DNA from: an uncultured archaeon
GTDB lineage: Archaea > Asgardarchaeota > Thorarchaeia > Thorarchaeales > Thorarchaeaceae
Length of the DNA stretch: 27,143 nt
Assembly: GCA_964610875.1 (NCBI GenBank)
Contig: CAZSWP010000024.1
Span: 31,170 to 58,312 of the forward strand
Direction: 5' to 3'
In this document: in pieces, positions 1 through 9,272 of the stretch
Layout of the letters: each line of letters opens with the position of its first letter
How positions within the stretch are numbered: the stretch's first letter is position 1
Notes under the pieces: model-generated
Told to the model about the DNA's origin: nothing
What the model saw: the letters and a program-made list of their open reading frames with translations, nothing else
Databases searched by the model: none
Position numbers and translations under genes: made by a program

Positions 1-1272
1 AACACCTACCAGAAAAACAGTTGGATTGCCGATATGCTGGTCCAAATATCAAATGATTTTGGATATAATGTTCTTAGGACATCAGGACATATATCAGCAG
101 TCATGAACTCGTCTGCATATTATTTATGGCAAAAGAATATTCCCGCTCTCCATTTAATTCAAGGTTTCATACCGGATGATGTGAGTGCCACTGAAGAAGA
201 CACATGGGACAATGCCAACTATAACTACACTAAGCTAATGGATATAGTAGCCACAATAAGCTGTACCTTTGCTTATGTCGGATCGCTTTCAACAGGTGCC
301 TTTCCAGTCTTCCATAGTTCGGGTAGATTGAACTCATCCGAGTATGTAATTCAGAACTTTACTGTCACGGGATTAGAATACATCAATACAAGTCTCGAAT
401 GGGAAGGATCAACAGAAATCTTTGCAGGCATAATAGATGGTGAGGGTGAATATGTCTATAGTCGTATCGAGAATGACGGGAATATTATTATGAAATATCT
501 ACCCGATTCTTTGGGAGATTATAGCGTAATTTACTACAATTTGGGAATTAATGAGATTAATTTCACCCATAGACATACTCTCATCAATGATTGCGATGGT
601 GACTCGCTCTCTGATAACTATGAGATATCTCTTGGTACAAGTATCTATTCTCAAGATACTGATCAAGATGGACTTACAGATGACCTTGAGGTTGAATATG
701 GTACAGACCCTAATGATGTCGATTCGGACTCTGATGGGGCGTATGATGGTCTTGAGTATTCCCTTGGTTCAAACCCACATCTAAACGACTCTGACGAGGA
801 TGGACTCACGGATGGTTTTGAAATAACCAAAGGGACAAGTCCGATACTTGTTGATACTGATCAAGATGGACTTACAGATTATCAAGAACTAATGGAATTT
901 TTCACAGATCCATTGAACGCGGATAGTGATTCTGACGGACTTGAGGACGGTTTTGAAGTTGCCAACGGACTTGACCCACTCTCGCCTGATAGTGATGGAG
1001 ACGGCCTTGGAGACCTCTTTGAGATTCTCAACAATCTGAATCCGTTATCAATCGATACGGATGGAGATGGCTGGAGTGACGCATATGAGGTGGAATATTG
1101 CCTCTCGCCCACAAATGTGGACACCGATGAAGATGGTATTCCGGACACCTACGACTGGGACCCAAGAAACCACTGGATCTCAGTGGTTGCACCAATTGCA
1201 GTGCTTTGTGTGTTGATTCTAGTCATAATATTTAGCTATATGAAACATAGAGCGTATTCTGCGGGAACATAA
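1..1272 (+). CDS. Membrane-anchored surface protein with thrombospondin type 3-like (DxDxDG) Ca-binding repeats; 5' end lies outside the window
   Basis: The frame is open from base 1, upstream of the ATG at 34. It has nine 22-23 aa repeats of type D(T/S)DxDGLxDxxExxxGxxPxxx, then a C-terminal hydrophobic helix ([23 protein letters not shown]) and a short basic tail. Confidence 0.8.
   Translation, partial: NTYQKNSWIADMLVQISNDFGYNVLRTSGHISAVMNSSAYYLWQKNIPALHLIQGFIPDDVSATEEDTWDNANYNYTKLMDIVATISCTFAYVGSLSTGAFPVFHSSGRLNSSEYVIQNFTVTGLEYINTSLEWEGSTEIFAGIIDGEGEYVYSRIENDGNIIMKYLPDSLGDYSVIYYNLGINEINFTHRHTLINDCDGDSLSDNYEISLGTSIYSQDTDQDGLTDDLEVEYGTDPNDVDSDSDGAYDGLEYSLGSNPHLNDSDEDGLTDGFEITKGTSPILVDTDQDGLTDYQELMEFFTDPLNADSDSDGLEDGFEVANGLDPLSPDSDGDGLGDLFEILNNLNPLSIDTDGDGWSDAYEVEYCLSPTNVDTDEDGIPDTYDWDPRNHWISVVAPIAVLCVLILVIIFSYMKHRAYSAGT
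589..1161 (+). repeat. Intragenic tandem repeat, nine units of about 66 bp
   Basis: Protein-level periodicity is visible. An identical 27-mer GATACTGATCAAGATGGACTTACAGAT occurs at 655-681 and 853-879, 198 bp (3 units) apart. Confidence 0.85.
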
Positions 1273-1415
1273 AACAAGGGCGGTTCAGATACCCCTTGGG
1301 TCGATCATATGTTCATAATCACTCAATGTGGATAATCATCATCACCGCTAGTGTAATCTAAATGGATGATTGTCTTTTATCTTTTTGATTACAGAGGAGT
1401 ATAGGATTATAACGG

Positions 1416-2312
1416 ATGAGAGATTCGAACAGAGCTAGTGATTACATGAAGACCTATAGTGTTAGCGAGAGAGGGCACATCTTTGAGTTTGATGACCCGT
1501 TCATGGCTAATGTCTATGTCATTCTTGGCGATACAACTGTGTTCATTTGTGATACATATTGTGGGCCCGAATCAATGGTTTCAGTTGCAGATCATATCAA
1601 CAAACAAGGACATGCAGAGAAACCAAAAGTCATTTTTATCTCGCATGCAGATTACGACCATTATTGGGGTAACTGTCATTTTCCGAATGCAGTCATACTC
1701 GGTCACATGTTAGCATATGATAGAGTCCTGAGAGAAGGAACGAACACTCTCGAAAAGTACCATAATCATGCAAAGGGCGATGTGATTATAGTTCCACCTA
1801 ATACTTTGTTTGAAACGCGATTACTATTTGTTGATGAGGGAATCGAGTTCTTTCACACTCCAGGTCATACTATGGACTCATGTTCATGCTATGATAGAAG
1901 AGACAAAGTCTTGTTTGTAGGAGATAATGTAGAGGCACCACTGCCATATGTAAACCATCTCGATATTGACAAATACATCGATACATTGGAACATTATCTT
2001 GAACTGCAATGGAAAGCATTCGTAGCAGGTCATGACCCAGTTCAACGAGATGCTGAACTGATCAAGCAAAATATTGTATACTTGAAAAAAATGAGAGATT
2101 GGTCAGTGGATTTAGAAGATCTTCCTGAAAAAGCAGTGGGCGTTCATCTGATTAGCTTGGAGAGTCTTATACCGGAACTCAAGATGGCAAACATTCCGGA
2201 GAGAGCCTTTACTCACTATAAAGAAGCACTGGACATGATCAGACTGATGGAGAAGACAGAGAGAGTCAGAGAGATAGAAGACAAATTCACAGAGTTCCTT
2301 AAGGATCATTGA
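1416..2312 (+). CDS. MBL-fold metallo-hydrolase
   Basis: Motifs SHADYDHYWGN (HxHxDH variant), HTPGHT, LFVGD and VAGHD. The start could be the ATG at 1446. Confidence 0.85.
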   Translation: MRDSNRASDYMKTYSVSERGHIFEFDDPFMANVYVILGDTTVFICDTYCGPESMVSVADHINKQGHAEKPKVIFISHADYDHYWGNCHFPNAVILGHMLAYDRVLREGTNTLEKYHNHAKGDVIIVPPNTLFETRLLFVDEGIEFFHTPGHTMDSCSCYDRRDKVLFVGDNVEAPLPYVNHLDIDKYIDTLEHYLELQWKAFVAGHDPVQRDAELIKQNIVYLKKMRDWSVDLEDLPEKAVGVHLISLESLIPELKMANIPERAFTHYKEALDMIRLMEKTERVREIEDKFTEFLKDH

Positions 2313-2360
2313 CATTGCGCTATCAAAATCCTCTTGAAGTGGTAATCAAACGACTACGAG

Positions 2361-3206
2361 ATGAATAAGCTTCAGATAAGTGACTTCAGCTTGAAGGACA
2401 CACTTGAATGTGGGCAGACCTTTTGTTGGGTGAGAGAAGGAGAGGGTTATATCAATACAGATATTGATGGAATCGTCTATGTTGAGCAAACGGGAGATAC
2501 GTTATTCTGGGAGGCTTCTAACAATGACATCGACATTGAAGAACTTCTACGCCTAAAAGACCCAATTGATGAGATAAAGAGTGCAATTGCAAAGGACACA
2601 TTCATGAAAGAGAGTATATCATTTGCTTCAGGATTACGAGTGGTGAATGACTCATTCTATCCATGTCTTATTTCGTTTTTATGCTCGGTATGGAGTAATA
2701 TTCCAAAAATACGTGGAATGGTTCGTTTAATTAGACAGAATTATGGTCCGGTCTATAAGTTCAGAGGTAAGGAATTTCATGGGATGCCTAATCCAGAAGC
2801 ACTGAGTCAAGCTTCAGCCAATGACCTTCGGAAGTTGGGTCTTGGCTGGCGTGCAGATTTTGTTGTACAGAGCACAGAAGCTTTATTGAACAAGGAGATC
2901 GTCCCTGAAAGATTGACCAGACTGGAATATGAGGAAGCAAGATACCAGATAATGGAACTTCATGGTGTAGGCAATAAAGTTGCAGATTGTGTTCTGTTGT
3001 TCTCTTTAGGTTTTCTTGAGGCGTTTCCAATTGATGTGTGGATTGAAAGAGTAATCAAACAGAAGTATGGACTTTTTACAGAAGCTGGTAAATCTTATGT
3101 CAGGAAATCAAAAGCTGCACGAGAATATTTTGGTCGATACGCGGGATATGCACAACAGTACCTCTATCATTATTCGCGATCAACATTCAATCATACGCTA
3201 TGTTAG
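2361..3206 (+). CDS. ogg1: 8-oxoguanine DNA glycosylase/AP lyase (Ogg1 type, OGG_N + HhH-GPD)
   Basis: TLECGQTFCW at the N-terminus. HhH motif LHGVGNKVADCVLLF with the catalytic Lys, AFPIDVWI with the catalytic Asp, and FGRYAGYAQQYLY. Confidence 0.9.
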   Translation: MNKLQISDFSLKDTLECGQTFCWVREGEGYINTDIDGIVYVEQTGDTLFWEASNNDIDIEELLRLKDPIDEIKSAIAKDTFMKESISFASGLRVVNDSFYPCLISFLCSVWSNIPKIRGMVRLIRQNYGPVYKFRGKEFHGMPNPEALSQASANDLRKLGLGWRADFVVQSTEALLNKEIVPERLTRLEYEEARYQIMELHGVGNKVADCVLLFSLGFLEAFPIDVWIERVIKQKYGLFTEAGKSYVRKSKAAREYFGRYAGYAQQYLYHYSRSTFNHTLC

Positions 3207-3216
3207 CATGTAGAGT

Positions 3217-4359
3217 CTAAAAATTCTGTTTCTTTTTTCGACCCTTTCGCCCATACCATGAATGGTTTGTTATGTCTTTAGAGTGTTCCCATGCACGAGT
3301 TTCATAGAACTGTAAAGGATGAAGAACATATTCACATAAGGGGTCAAAGATAGCTCCTAGATACACAGGACAGAGACCATTACTCTGAAGTTTCTTACAA
3401 CCAGGGGGTGTGTAACCTTCGCCATCACCACGTCGAGCGATATGATGAACTTGATATTGCGCTAGTTGTCCTCGGAAATCGGGAGCTGGACGAAATACAC
3501 CTAGGACCTCATCTTCAGACATACCTATTTTCAAAAGAAAGGCGGCTAATGCGAAACGTGCTTCATGTGAGAGATTCTTTCCTTCTATCGAGTCAGAATA
3601 CATCATGGAGATGCATGGAGGAAATGCTCCAACAACAGTTCCAGTTATTTTTGTAGGAGCTCGTGATTTGAATTTGGATCTGATTTCAGATTCTATCCTC
3701 TGGACTGCTTCAGTCAAACGACTCGGAAGTGTTGGAAGCTTTAGTTCTGAGTTAAGAATCATGTCTTTGAACTTACCTGAAATCAGTCGGTCGAGCTCAG
3801 ACCTTCGAATCGGGACCCAACCATCATCCAAATATCGATTTACTAATTTCCATTCATCTGCATGAAAGCTCGGTGCAACTTCTAGAAAGTTATCGAATCG
3901 TAACTTGAAATCAAAATTTCTAAGGAAGTGAGGAAGGTTAGCACGGTTTCCAAATGTGCCAATAGGTTCAACTTCCCATTTGAAAGAGGTACTAGCTAAA
4001 TCAACCACAAATTCAGCATTTTCTTTACTTAGATGCTTGTTAGCTGCTTTAGATTCCCCTTCAGCCTGAATTGCCTTGAGTCGGGGATTATTTAACTTCT
4101 CAACTATTATGCGAGCAGTAGTGTAAATCAATAGGTCTCTGTCATCGTTAGTATTTACTGTCTTTATCTCAGTGTTATCTATTGCAGAGATGATTCTTTC
4201 AGTTGCTTCTTCAATGACATAATTACCATCCTTCTCCTCTACGACCTCAATCAATTTGTTTATGTCATGTGCAACCTTCTGTGAGGCTTTTCGGGCTTCA
4301 AGTGAGAAGGGGTATCTGAGGAGTTGAAGACGTGTCACCAAGAGAGTCACTCCTTGCAT
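3217..4359 (-). CDS. priL: DNA primase large subunit
   Basis: RYPF near the N-terminus, WKLVNRYLDDGWV, and an Fe-S domain with FPPCI, HEARFALAAFL, YQVHHI, YTPPGCKKL..NGLC and CEYVLHPLQFY. Confidence 0.92.
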   Translation of the reverse strand: MQGVTLLVTRLQLLRYPFSLEARKASQKVAHDINKLIEVVEEKDGNYVIEEATERIISAIDNTEIKTVNTNDDRDLLIYTTARIIVEKLNNPRLKAIQAEGESKAANKHLSKENAEFVVDLASTSFKWEVEPIGTFGNRANLPHFLRNFDFKLRFDNFLEVAPSFHADEWKLVNRYLDDGWVPIRRSELDRLISGKFKDMILNSELKLPTLPSRLTEAVQRIESEIRSKFKSRAPTKITGTVVGAFPPCISMMYSDSIEGKNLSHEARFALAAFLLKIGMSEDEVLGVFRPAPDFRGQLAQYQVHHIARRGDGEGYTPPGCKKLQSNGLCPVYLGAIFDPLCEYVLHPLQFYETRAWEHSKDITNHSWYGRKGRKKKQNF

Positions 4360-4381
4360 TCAATAGTGGGTATTTGTTTTC

Positions 4382-4594
4382 CTAAGTCCTGAAAATTGGT
4401 TCGTAATCGTCATAACCACGGTCATAGAATCTTCGACCACATGATGAGCATTTAAAGGTCTGAATACCTCTACAAAGAGCCCAACGATCCAATACACGGT
4501 ATATCTTTTTACTCCCGCATTTTGGACATTGGATCTCTGCGTCATCAAAAGCCCATGGTGAGTTCTGACGTTTAGACGACATGATGTACACCAT
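4382..4594 (-). CDS. Small zinc-ribbon protein (CPKC...CSSC)
   Basis: Two CxxCG knuckles. It fits between co-oriented genes with 15- and 22-nt gaps. The start may be the ATG at 4582. Confidence 0.7.
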   Translation of the reverse strand: MVYIMSSKRQNSPWAFDDAEIQCPKCGSKKIYRVLDRWALCRGIQTFKCSSCGRRFYDRGYDDYEPIFRT

Positions 4595-4609
4595 CTGTTC
4601 TAGACATGA

Positions 4610-5248
4610 CTATTTCTCTCCTACTACTATTCCTCTTATCTCTTCAATCTTTTCAAAAGTGATGCTGGAAAATCCAACACGCTCTAACATAGATTGAATG
4701 TCCTCAATTGAGTGGCGACACATATGAGAGTATTTGGATTCTGCACGTTCTTGGTCCCAACCTTGCTCGGTAGTCATTTTCGTAATGAAAGCTTCTTTAT
4801 TTCCAGAGATATAGTCGAAGACAACGCATAATCCAGATGTCTTTACAACCTCGAACTGCTTTCTTATGAAATCAGGGGGTTCATCTACCTCATGTAGGAC
4901 ATATCCTGAGAATGCCAAATCGAGGGAATTATGTGGTATTTGAGGTGTGGAAGTGTTGAAATCTATCTCGTAGAGTTCGAAACCGCATTCATCTAGCTCT
5001 GCTTGTAACAACTGTTTGGCATATTCTAACATTGCAGCACTAGCATCGAGCCCAATGGCTAGTTTTGAATTATACTTCTTTGTGGCATCAAGTAACCATA
5101 ATCCCGGACCACAACCAAAATCTGCGATGATCTCTCTCCCATCATCTCCAGTCACTCTTAGGATCGATTCCCAGATTTTATTGGTATATCGTCTACTATA
5201 TGACTTGGCAAATCTTTTGACTCTGTCTGGGTCTGACCAGCTACTCAT
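4610..5248 (-). CDS. Class I SAM-dependent methyltransferase
   Basis: Motifs IADFGCGPG, GLDASAAML and VLHEV. Start moved to the ATG at 5248 (MSSWSD), which follows the upstream stop by 1 nt. The ORF-track start at 5368 overlaps the upstream gene. Confidence 0.85.
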   Translation of the reverse strand: MSSWSDPDRVKRFAKSYSRRYTNKIWESILRVTGDDGREIIADFGCGPGLWLLDATKKYNSKLAIGLDASAAMLEYAKQLLQAELDECGFELYEIDFNTSTPQIPHNSLDLAFSGYVLHEVDEPPDFIRKQFEVVKTSGLCVVFDYISGNKEAFITKMTTEQGWDQERAESKYSHMCRHSIEDIQSMLERVGFSSITFEKIEEIRGIVVGEK

Positions 5249-5249
5249 G

Positions 5250-5786
5250 TCATTTACGACCCAAAACAAAGTCAGCCCTAAGGAGGAGTTCAATAAGTTC
5301 ACCAAGACTCTGACGTTGAATCTCTGAATCACTGTAAAGTTTTCGTAGTTGTGCCCTTCTCTCATCAATTCCTGCTGATTTCTCGTTCACCAGTCTGTAT
5401 ACAGCGTTTGGTCGTTCGACCCAGCGGCAAAGCTCGAAGAGCTCTTCACTTAGGAAAAGCACTACAGGACTCTTTCGCTTTCCATTAACACGAAATTCTT
5501 GATGAAATCGTGCATGTTTGTCGCTATCAAGAATGCGTAGATTTACCTTAGGTGAAAGGGATGCAATCCTCGCAAGTACGGGGAGATTTCCAGCGGTATC
5601 ATTACAGCGGTCAGTTCCAATGACTAGTATGTTGATTGTATTTTGAATGCTTTTGATTAGTTCTTCATCTTCTTCAATAATTGGCAAGTCGTTATATCTT
5701 GCTTTCATCAGCTCGATATTCTCTCGTGCTGCCTTCAAAAATGCACTATACTCAACTGCATCATTCCACTCTGAAATCTCACTCAT
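5250..5786 (-). CDS. Thioredoxin-fold protein (Thioredoxin_9-like) with CxxT site
   Basis: ILVIGTDRCNDTAGNLPVL, NGKRKSPVVLFL (cis-Pro loop) and WVERP. Start taken as the ATG at 5786, which is preceded by GAAGGGA. Confidence 0.7.
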   Translation of the reverse strand: MSEISEWNDAVEYSAFLKAARENIELMKARYNDLPIIEEDEELIKSIQNTINILVIGTDRCNDTAGNLPVLARIASLSPKVNLRILDSDKHARFHQEFRVNGKRKSPVVLFLSEELFELCRWVERPNAVYRLVNEKSAGIDERRAQLRKLYSDSEIQRQSLGELIELLLRADFVLGRK

Positions 5787-5894
5787 ATGTATCCCTTCAA
5801 ATTTAGGAAGAATTCTACCAAATTTACTTGGTACTTTATTATTCACGTCGATAGAATAAAAGGATTGCTTGATGTACATGGATTTGTGGTCTTG

Positions 5895-6248
5895 ATGAGC
5901 TCTGACATTGCAAAGAGAATTGTGATCGATTTGAAAAAATAGGGAGATTTAGATTAAGCTGAGAAGGTTTCGGGATGCTTCAAAACATCAAGTCTGAGTA
6001 ATTTTGGTGCAAGACTTCCTGATATTGTTAAAACAGTCAAAAAACACATCAAAGGGACTTCAATAGAAGAGCTATTACGAATAATGAAGGAGCTGTGGAC
6101 GAGTGAGATATTCGTAACTAGACGAGCCGCTATTGATGTAATGATGGAATACGCAAAGAAGGAAAATATTGAAACAGCACTGGGAATTATTGATGCATGG
6201 ATTGATGATATCGACATCTAGCGCACTATGGACCCACTGTGTCTGTGA
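5895..6248 (+). pseudogene. Degraded AlkD-like DNA alkylation repair (HEAT-like repeat) gene
   Basis: Manual translation from ATG 5895: MSSDIAKRIVIDLKK*GDLD*AEKVSGCFKTSSLSNFGARLPDIVKTVKK...ELWTSEIFVTRRAAID...DAWIDDIDI*RTMDPLCL*. Stops at 5940, 5955, 6219 and 6246. The pattern fits the G.R.P / LW.S..E.R / W...I..W...D..C signature of the family. Confidence 0.65.
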
Positions 6249-6314
6249 CATCTACAAAAATCTTAGATAAAGGTGGACATCTCTTAGATGAATACTTTCG
6301 GCATACTGTTGAGC

Positions 6315-6349
6315 TTATAATATCTTAACTTAACTAGCATAATTGAGGT
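6315..6349 (+). promoter_or_regulatory. Putative TATA box and SD for the DUF763 gene
   Basis: TTATAA at 6315-6320. GAGGT at 6345-6349, 7 nt before the TTG at 6357. Confidence 0.45.
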
Positions 6350-6356
6350 AGGCTTA

Positions 6357-7475
6357 TTGAAGCGAGCTGGAGTAGCTGACCTGAAACTCCATCCTGGAAA
6401 GGCACCACATTGGCTAGTCAAAAGGATGATTCCTATGGCCAGTGCAATTTGTGAGTTTGTCGTAGATGAGCATGGCACACAGGAGTTGCTCAGTCGTTTA
6501 GCAGACCCAGTATGGTTTCAAGCACTCTCAAATGCGCTAGGCTATGACTGGGACTCAAGTGGAAGCACAACTGTAACCTGTGGTGTTCTTAGGTCAGCAC
6601 TCACTTTTGATAAGCATGGAATGATAGGAGCTGGTGGTAAGGGTCTTGCTTCGATGAAGACTCCAGAACAGCTCAAAGCTCTTACAGACTATGGTCTTGA
6701 TGGATATAGACTCGCAAGCATAAGTAGAGCTGTCGCAAAAGTGGATAATGCAGCTGTTCAAGATGGATACTCCCTCTATCAACACCTGTTTTTTGTTGAT
6801 CAGGACGAGAACTGGACTGTTGTACAACAGGGTATGGATAGCGATACAGATGATGCTCGCCGATACCACTGGACGTCGCAGACCGTGGATTGCTTCGTTG
6901 AAAAGCCACACTCGGGTATGATTTCCGGGTTTGTAAAACGTGGCACACTTGATATGACAGCAACAGAGTCCAAAGATTGCCAGAAGACATCTGTTGACAT
7001 TGTAAAGGAACCACCAATCAAGGTAAAACGCATGTTTGAAGACCTCAGAGTATATGGTGAAACAACGCTTATTCCATGGTTGGAGGGAGAATCGCAGCCA
7101 AGTCATCTTCCATCATACAAGGTCATACCAAGGAGGATGGATTGGAATGCAGTACGGAGAGCATATGAGATACAACCCTCGGATTATGAGGAACTTCTGT
7201 TCATTGACGGAATTGGTCCAGCTGCAGTGAGAGGGTTATCGCTCATCTCAGAACTAATATATGGTTCAGAGCCATCCTGGTCAGACCCGGTAAGAATGAC
7301 ATTTGCTTTTGGGGGGAAAGATGGTGTACCATATCCAGTTCCGAGAAAAGCATACGATGAAGCCATAACTTTCATGGAGAACGCTTTGAATGAAGCAAAG
7401 ATAGGACGAAGGGACCAAGTTCATGGATTGAAAAGACTTAGAAAATTCGCATCGCCCGTAGTAAGAAGCAAATGA
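6357..7475 (+). CDS. DUF763 domain-containing protein
   Basis: GVADLKLHPGKAPHWL, DPVWFQAL..ALGYDWDSSGSTT, AKVDNAAVQDGYSLY, VVQQGM, ARRYHW and FAFGGKDGVPYPV are hallmark motifs. Confidence 0.9.
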   Translation: MKRAGVADLKLHPGKAPHWLVKRMIPMASAICEFVVDEHGTQELLSRLADPVWFQALSNALGYDWDSSGSTTVTCGVLRSALTFDKHGMIGAGGKGLASMKTPEQLKALTDYGLDGYRLASISRAVAKVDNAAVQDGYSLYQHLFFVDQDENWTVVQQGMDSDTDDARRYHWTSQTVDCFVEKPHSGMISGFVKRGTLDMTATESKDCQKTSVDIVKEPPIKVKRMFEDLRVYGETTLIPWLEGESQPSHLPSYKVIPRRMDWNAVRRAYEIQPSDYEELLFIDGIGPAAVRGLSLISELIYGSEPSWSDPVRMTFAFGGKDGVPYPVPRKAYDEAITFMENALNEAKIGRRDQVHGLKRLRKFASPVVRSK

Positions 7476-7482
7476 AATAGAT

Positions 7483-8382
7483 TCAGAGTGGTGGGCGCTT
7501 TGAAAGAGAGATCTCCTCCTTTTTAGACAGTTCCTTACCTGTTACATCAGTTCGTCCTACAGCTCGTAGACGAACCAGTGCATGTGGATATGGGTCAAGA
7601 TATTCTTCTTCAACACTCTTTTTGACGGATGGATGTATATTATGAAGTCGTTCATAAATTGCGTGCTTCTCTTCTGCTGGAGTGAATCGTTCATCGACAA
7701 CTACTGCTACATGGAATGACACTCCAGCATCCCAAAGTTTCTCAGCTGCGATAAAGGGAAGCTCCATGAACTCGCGACTGCATCCAGTCTTTTCTTCAAA
7801 ATACTCAGGCAGGCCCCCACGTATAGACAATCGAACATGGCCAACAGTAGCACGATTCTTGCGTGATGCATACTCTTCGAGTTTAGCAGCAAGACCATCT
7901 TCTTGTGACAAAACGACACCATTTGTTTCAATTACAAAGAGATCAAAATCTTCTTTGTCGTTATGTACTAGATCAAGAACATCAGTCAGATGGTCAGGAC
8001 AAAGAGTTGGTTCCGCACCACTTATTCTGGCTCTACTAAATCCTCGGTCATCCATGACTTTCCTAAGTTTTTGATACACTTGAGTGGGAGAGAAAAATTC
8101 ACCATATCTCTCAGGCCAGTCCCTACTCCAGTCTACCCAACAGAAAGTACATCGGAAATTGCATCCTACGGAGTATGCTGTTGCAATCCCACCATAGACA
8201 CCAACACCGTAGAAACTGGTATACTTCCTCAGAGGTACTCCATTCTCCTTCTTACATACAAAAGCACGTGTGTCATCAGTCAGCTTTACTGGATCAACTG
8301 GGAACGGAGGCAAGAACTCACCTGATTTATCTTTCATAGCATAGCGAGGATATTCTTTATCTGTGGTAGACATGATATCCAT
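7483..8382 (-). CDS. Radical SAM protein (COG5014-like, function unknown)
   Basis: YGGIATAYSVGCNFRCTFCW (CxxxCxxC), RISGAEP and FVIETNG. Confidence 0.85.
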   Translation of the reverse strand: MDIMSTTDKEYPRYAMKDKSGEFLPPFPVDPVKLTDDTRAFVCKKENGVPLRKYTSFYGVGVYGGIATAYSVGCNFRCTFCWVDWSRDWPERYGEFFSPTQVYQKLRKVMDDRGFSRARISGAEPTLCPDHLTDVLDLVHNDKEDFDLFVIETNGVVLSQEDGLAAKLEEYASRKNRATVGHVRLSIRGGLPEYFEEKTGCSREFMELPFIAAEKLWDAGVSFHVAVVVDERFTPAEEKHAIYERLHNIHPSVKKSVEEEYLDPYPHALVRLRAVGRTDVTGKELSKKEEISLSKRPPL

Positions 8383-8444
8383 CGTTGTACATGAAAGGGT
8401 TTCAACTTTTGCCTATTCTATGACCGAAGGATACAATTCATGCT

Positions 8445-9272
8445 ATGTATATTCTCTCAATAATGTTTGACACATTCACTTTCGATGATACAGTCATCTG
8501 TATCAAAACAGCTACAGAGTATCAAGGAGATGCTATCATGTGGGCTTATGCCTATCAGATAGAGGATGTCCTATTTGACACGGGATGTGCGAATGCACAA
8601 GCAGAGTTTGCAACGTATAAGGATACAACAAAGATCAACCGGGTCTATGTCACACACTCACATGAAGATCATGTTGGTTGTCTTTCATTGTTTAACGATA
8701 CAGAAATCTATGCTATGGACTCGATACATCACCTCTTAATGACTCCTCCACAAATTGTTGAGTTCTTTCAGTTTGTATGGGGTCAGCCAGGAGCCGTAGA
8801 CAATGTTGAATCGATGCCATCTGAGTTTGTTATTGGAGACCTCCAATTCAAAGTGATTGATTTGAGCGGACACTTTGCGGGAATGATAGGTTTTCATGAA
8901 GAAGAGAAAGGATGGCTATTTTCAGCTGATGCAGTTCCACTGCCCTCGCGGAAACAAATAGCGATGCCTGAAGAGAACCTGCCAAAGATGATAGACACCA
9001 TGAAGAAAATTTTGACTCTTAATCTCAATGTCTTGTTTGACGGTCACAAAGGCCCTATAGAGAATCCAAGAGAGCATATAGAAAAACGTGTAAATTATCT
9101 TAGAGAGATTGACAAGCGCATTCATGAATTGAATAATGAAGGAAAGTCAATCGAACAGATTGAGGAAATACTGGAATTCAAGAGACCTTGGTACATGGAG
9201 ATGACAGAAGGGCGATTCGCTTTCAAATTCCTAATCAAGTCGTTTTTGAGAGATACTGTTGAAGAGGACTAG
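8445..9272 (+). CDS. MBL-fold metallo-hydrolase
   Basis: LFDTG, VTHSHEDHVG, SGH, LFSAD and LFDGHKG. The start may be the ATG at 8463. Confidence 0.85.
   Translation: MYILSIMFDTFTFDDTVICIKTATEYQGDAIMWAYAYQIEDVLFDTGCANAQAEFATYKDTTKINRVYVTHSHEDHVGCLSLFNDTEIYAMDSIHHLLMTPPQIVEFFQFVWGQPGAVDNVESMPSEFVIGDLQFKVIDLSGHFAGMIGFHEEEKGWLFSADAVPLPSRKQIAMPEENLPKMIDTMKKILTLNLNVLFDGHKGPIENPREHIEKRVNYLREIDKRIHELNNEGKSIEQIEEILEFKRPWYMEMTEGRFAFKFLIKSFLRDTVEED

Noticed and set aside
589-1161. Periodic ~66-bp repeats read as a CRISPR array
   Set aside because: The repeats are degenerate, in frame and protein-coding. No cas genes are present.
1275-1393. Imperfect hairpins (CAAGG/CCTTG and TGTAATC/GATTACA) after the repeat protein
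   Set aside because: Weak and AT-rich, probably terminator-related. No ncRNA signature.
4360-4548. 62-aa ORF abutting priL
   Set aside because: It overlaps the Zn-ribbon ORF in another frame and has no motifs.
5954-6217. 87-aa minus-strand ORF
   Set aside because: It is the antisense shadow of the AlkD-like pseudogene frame.
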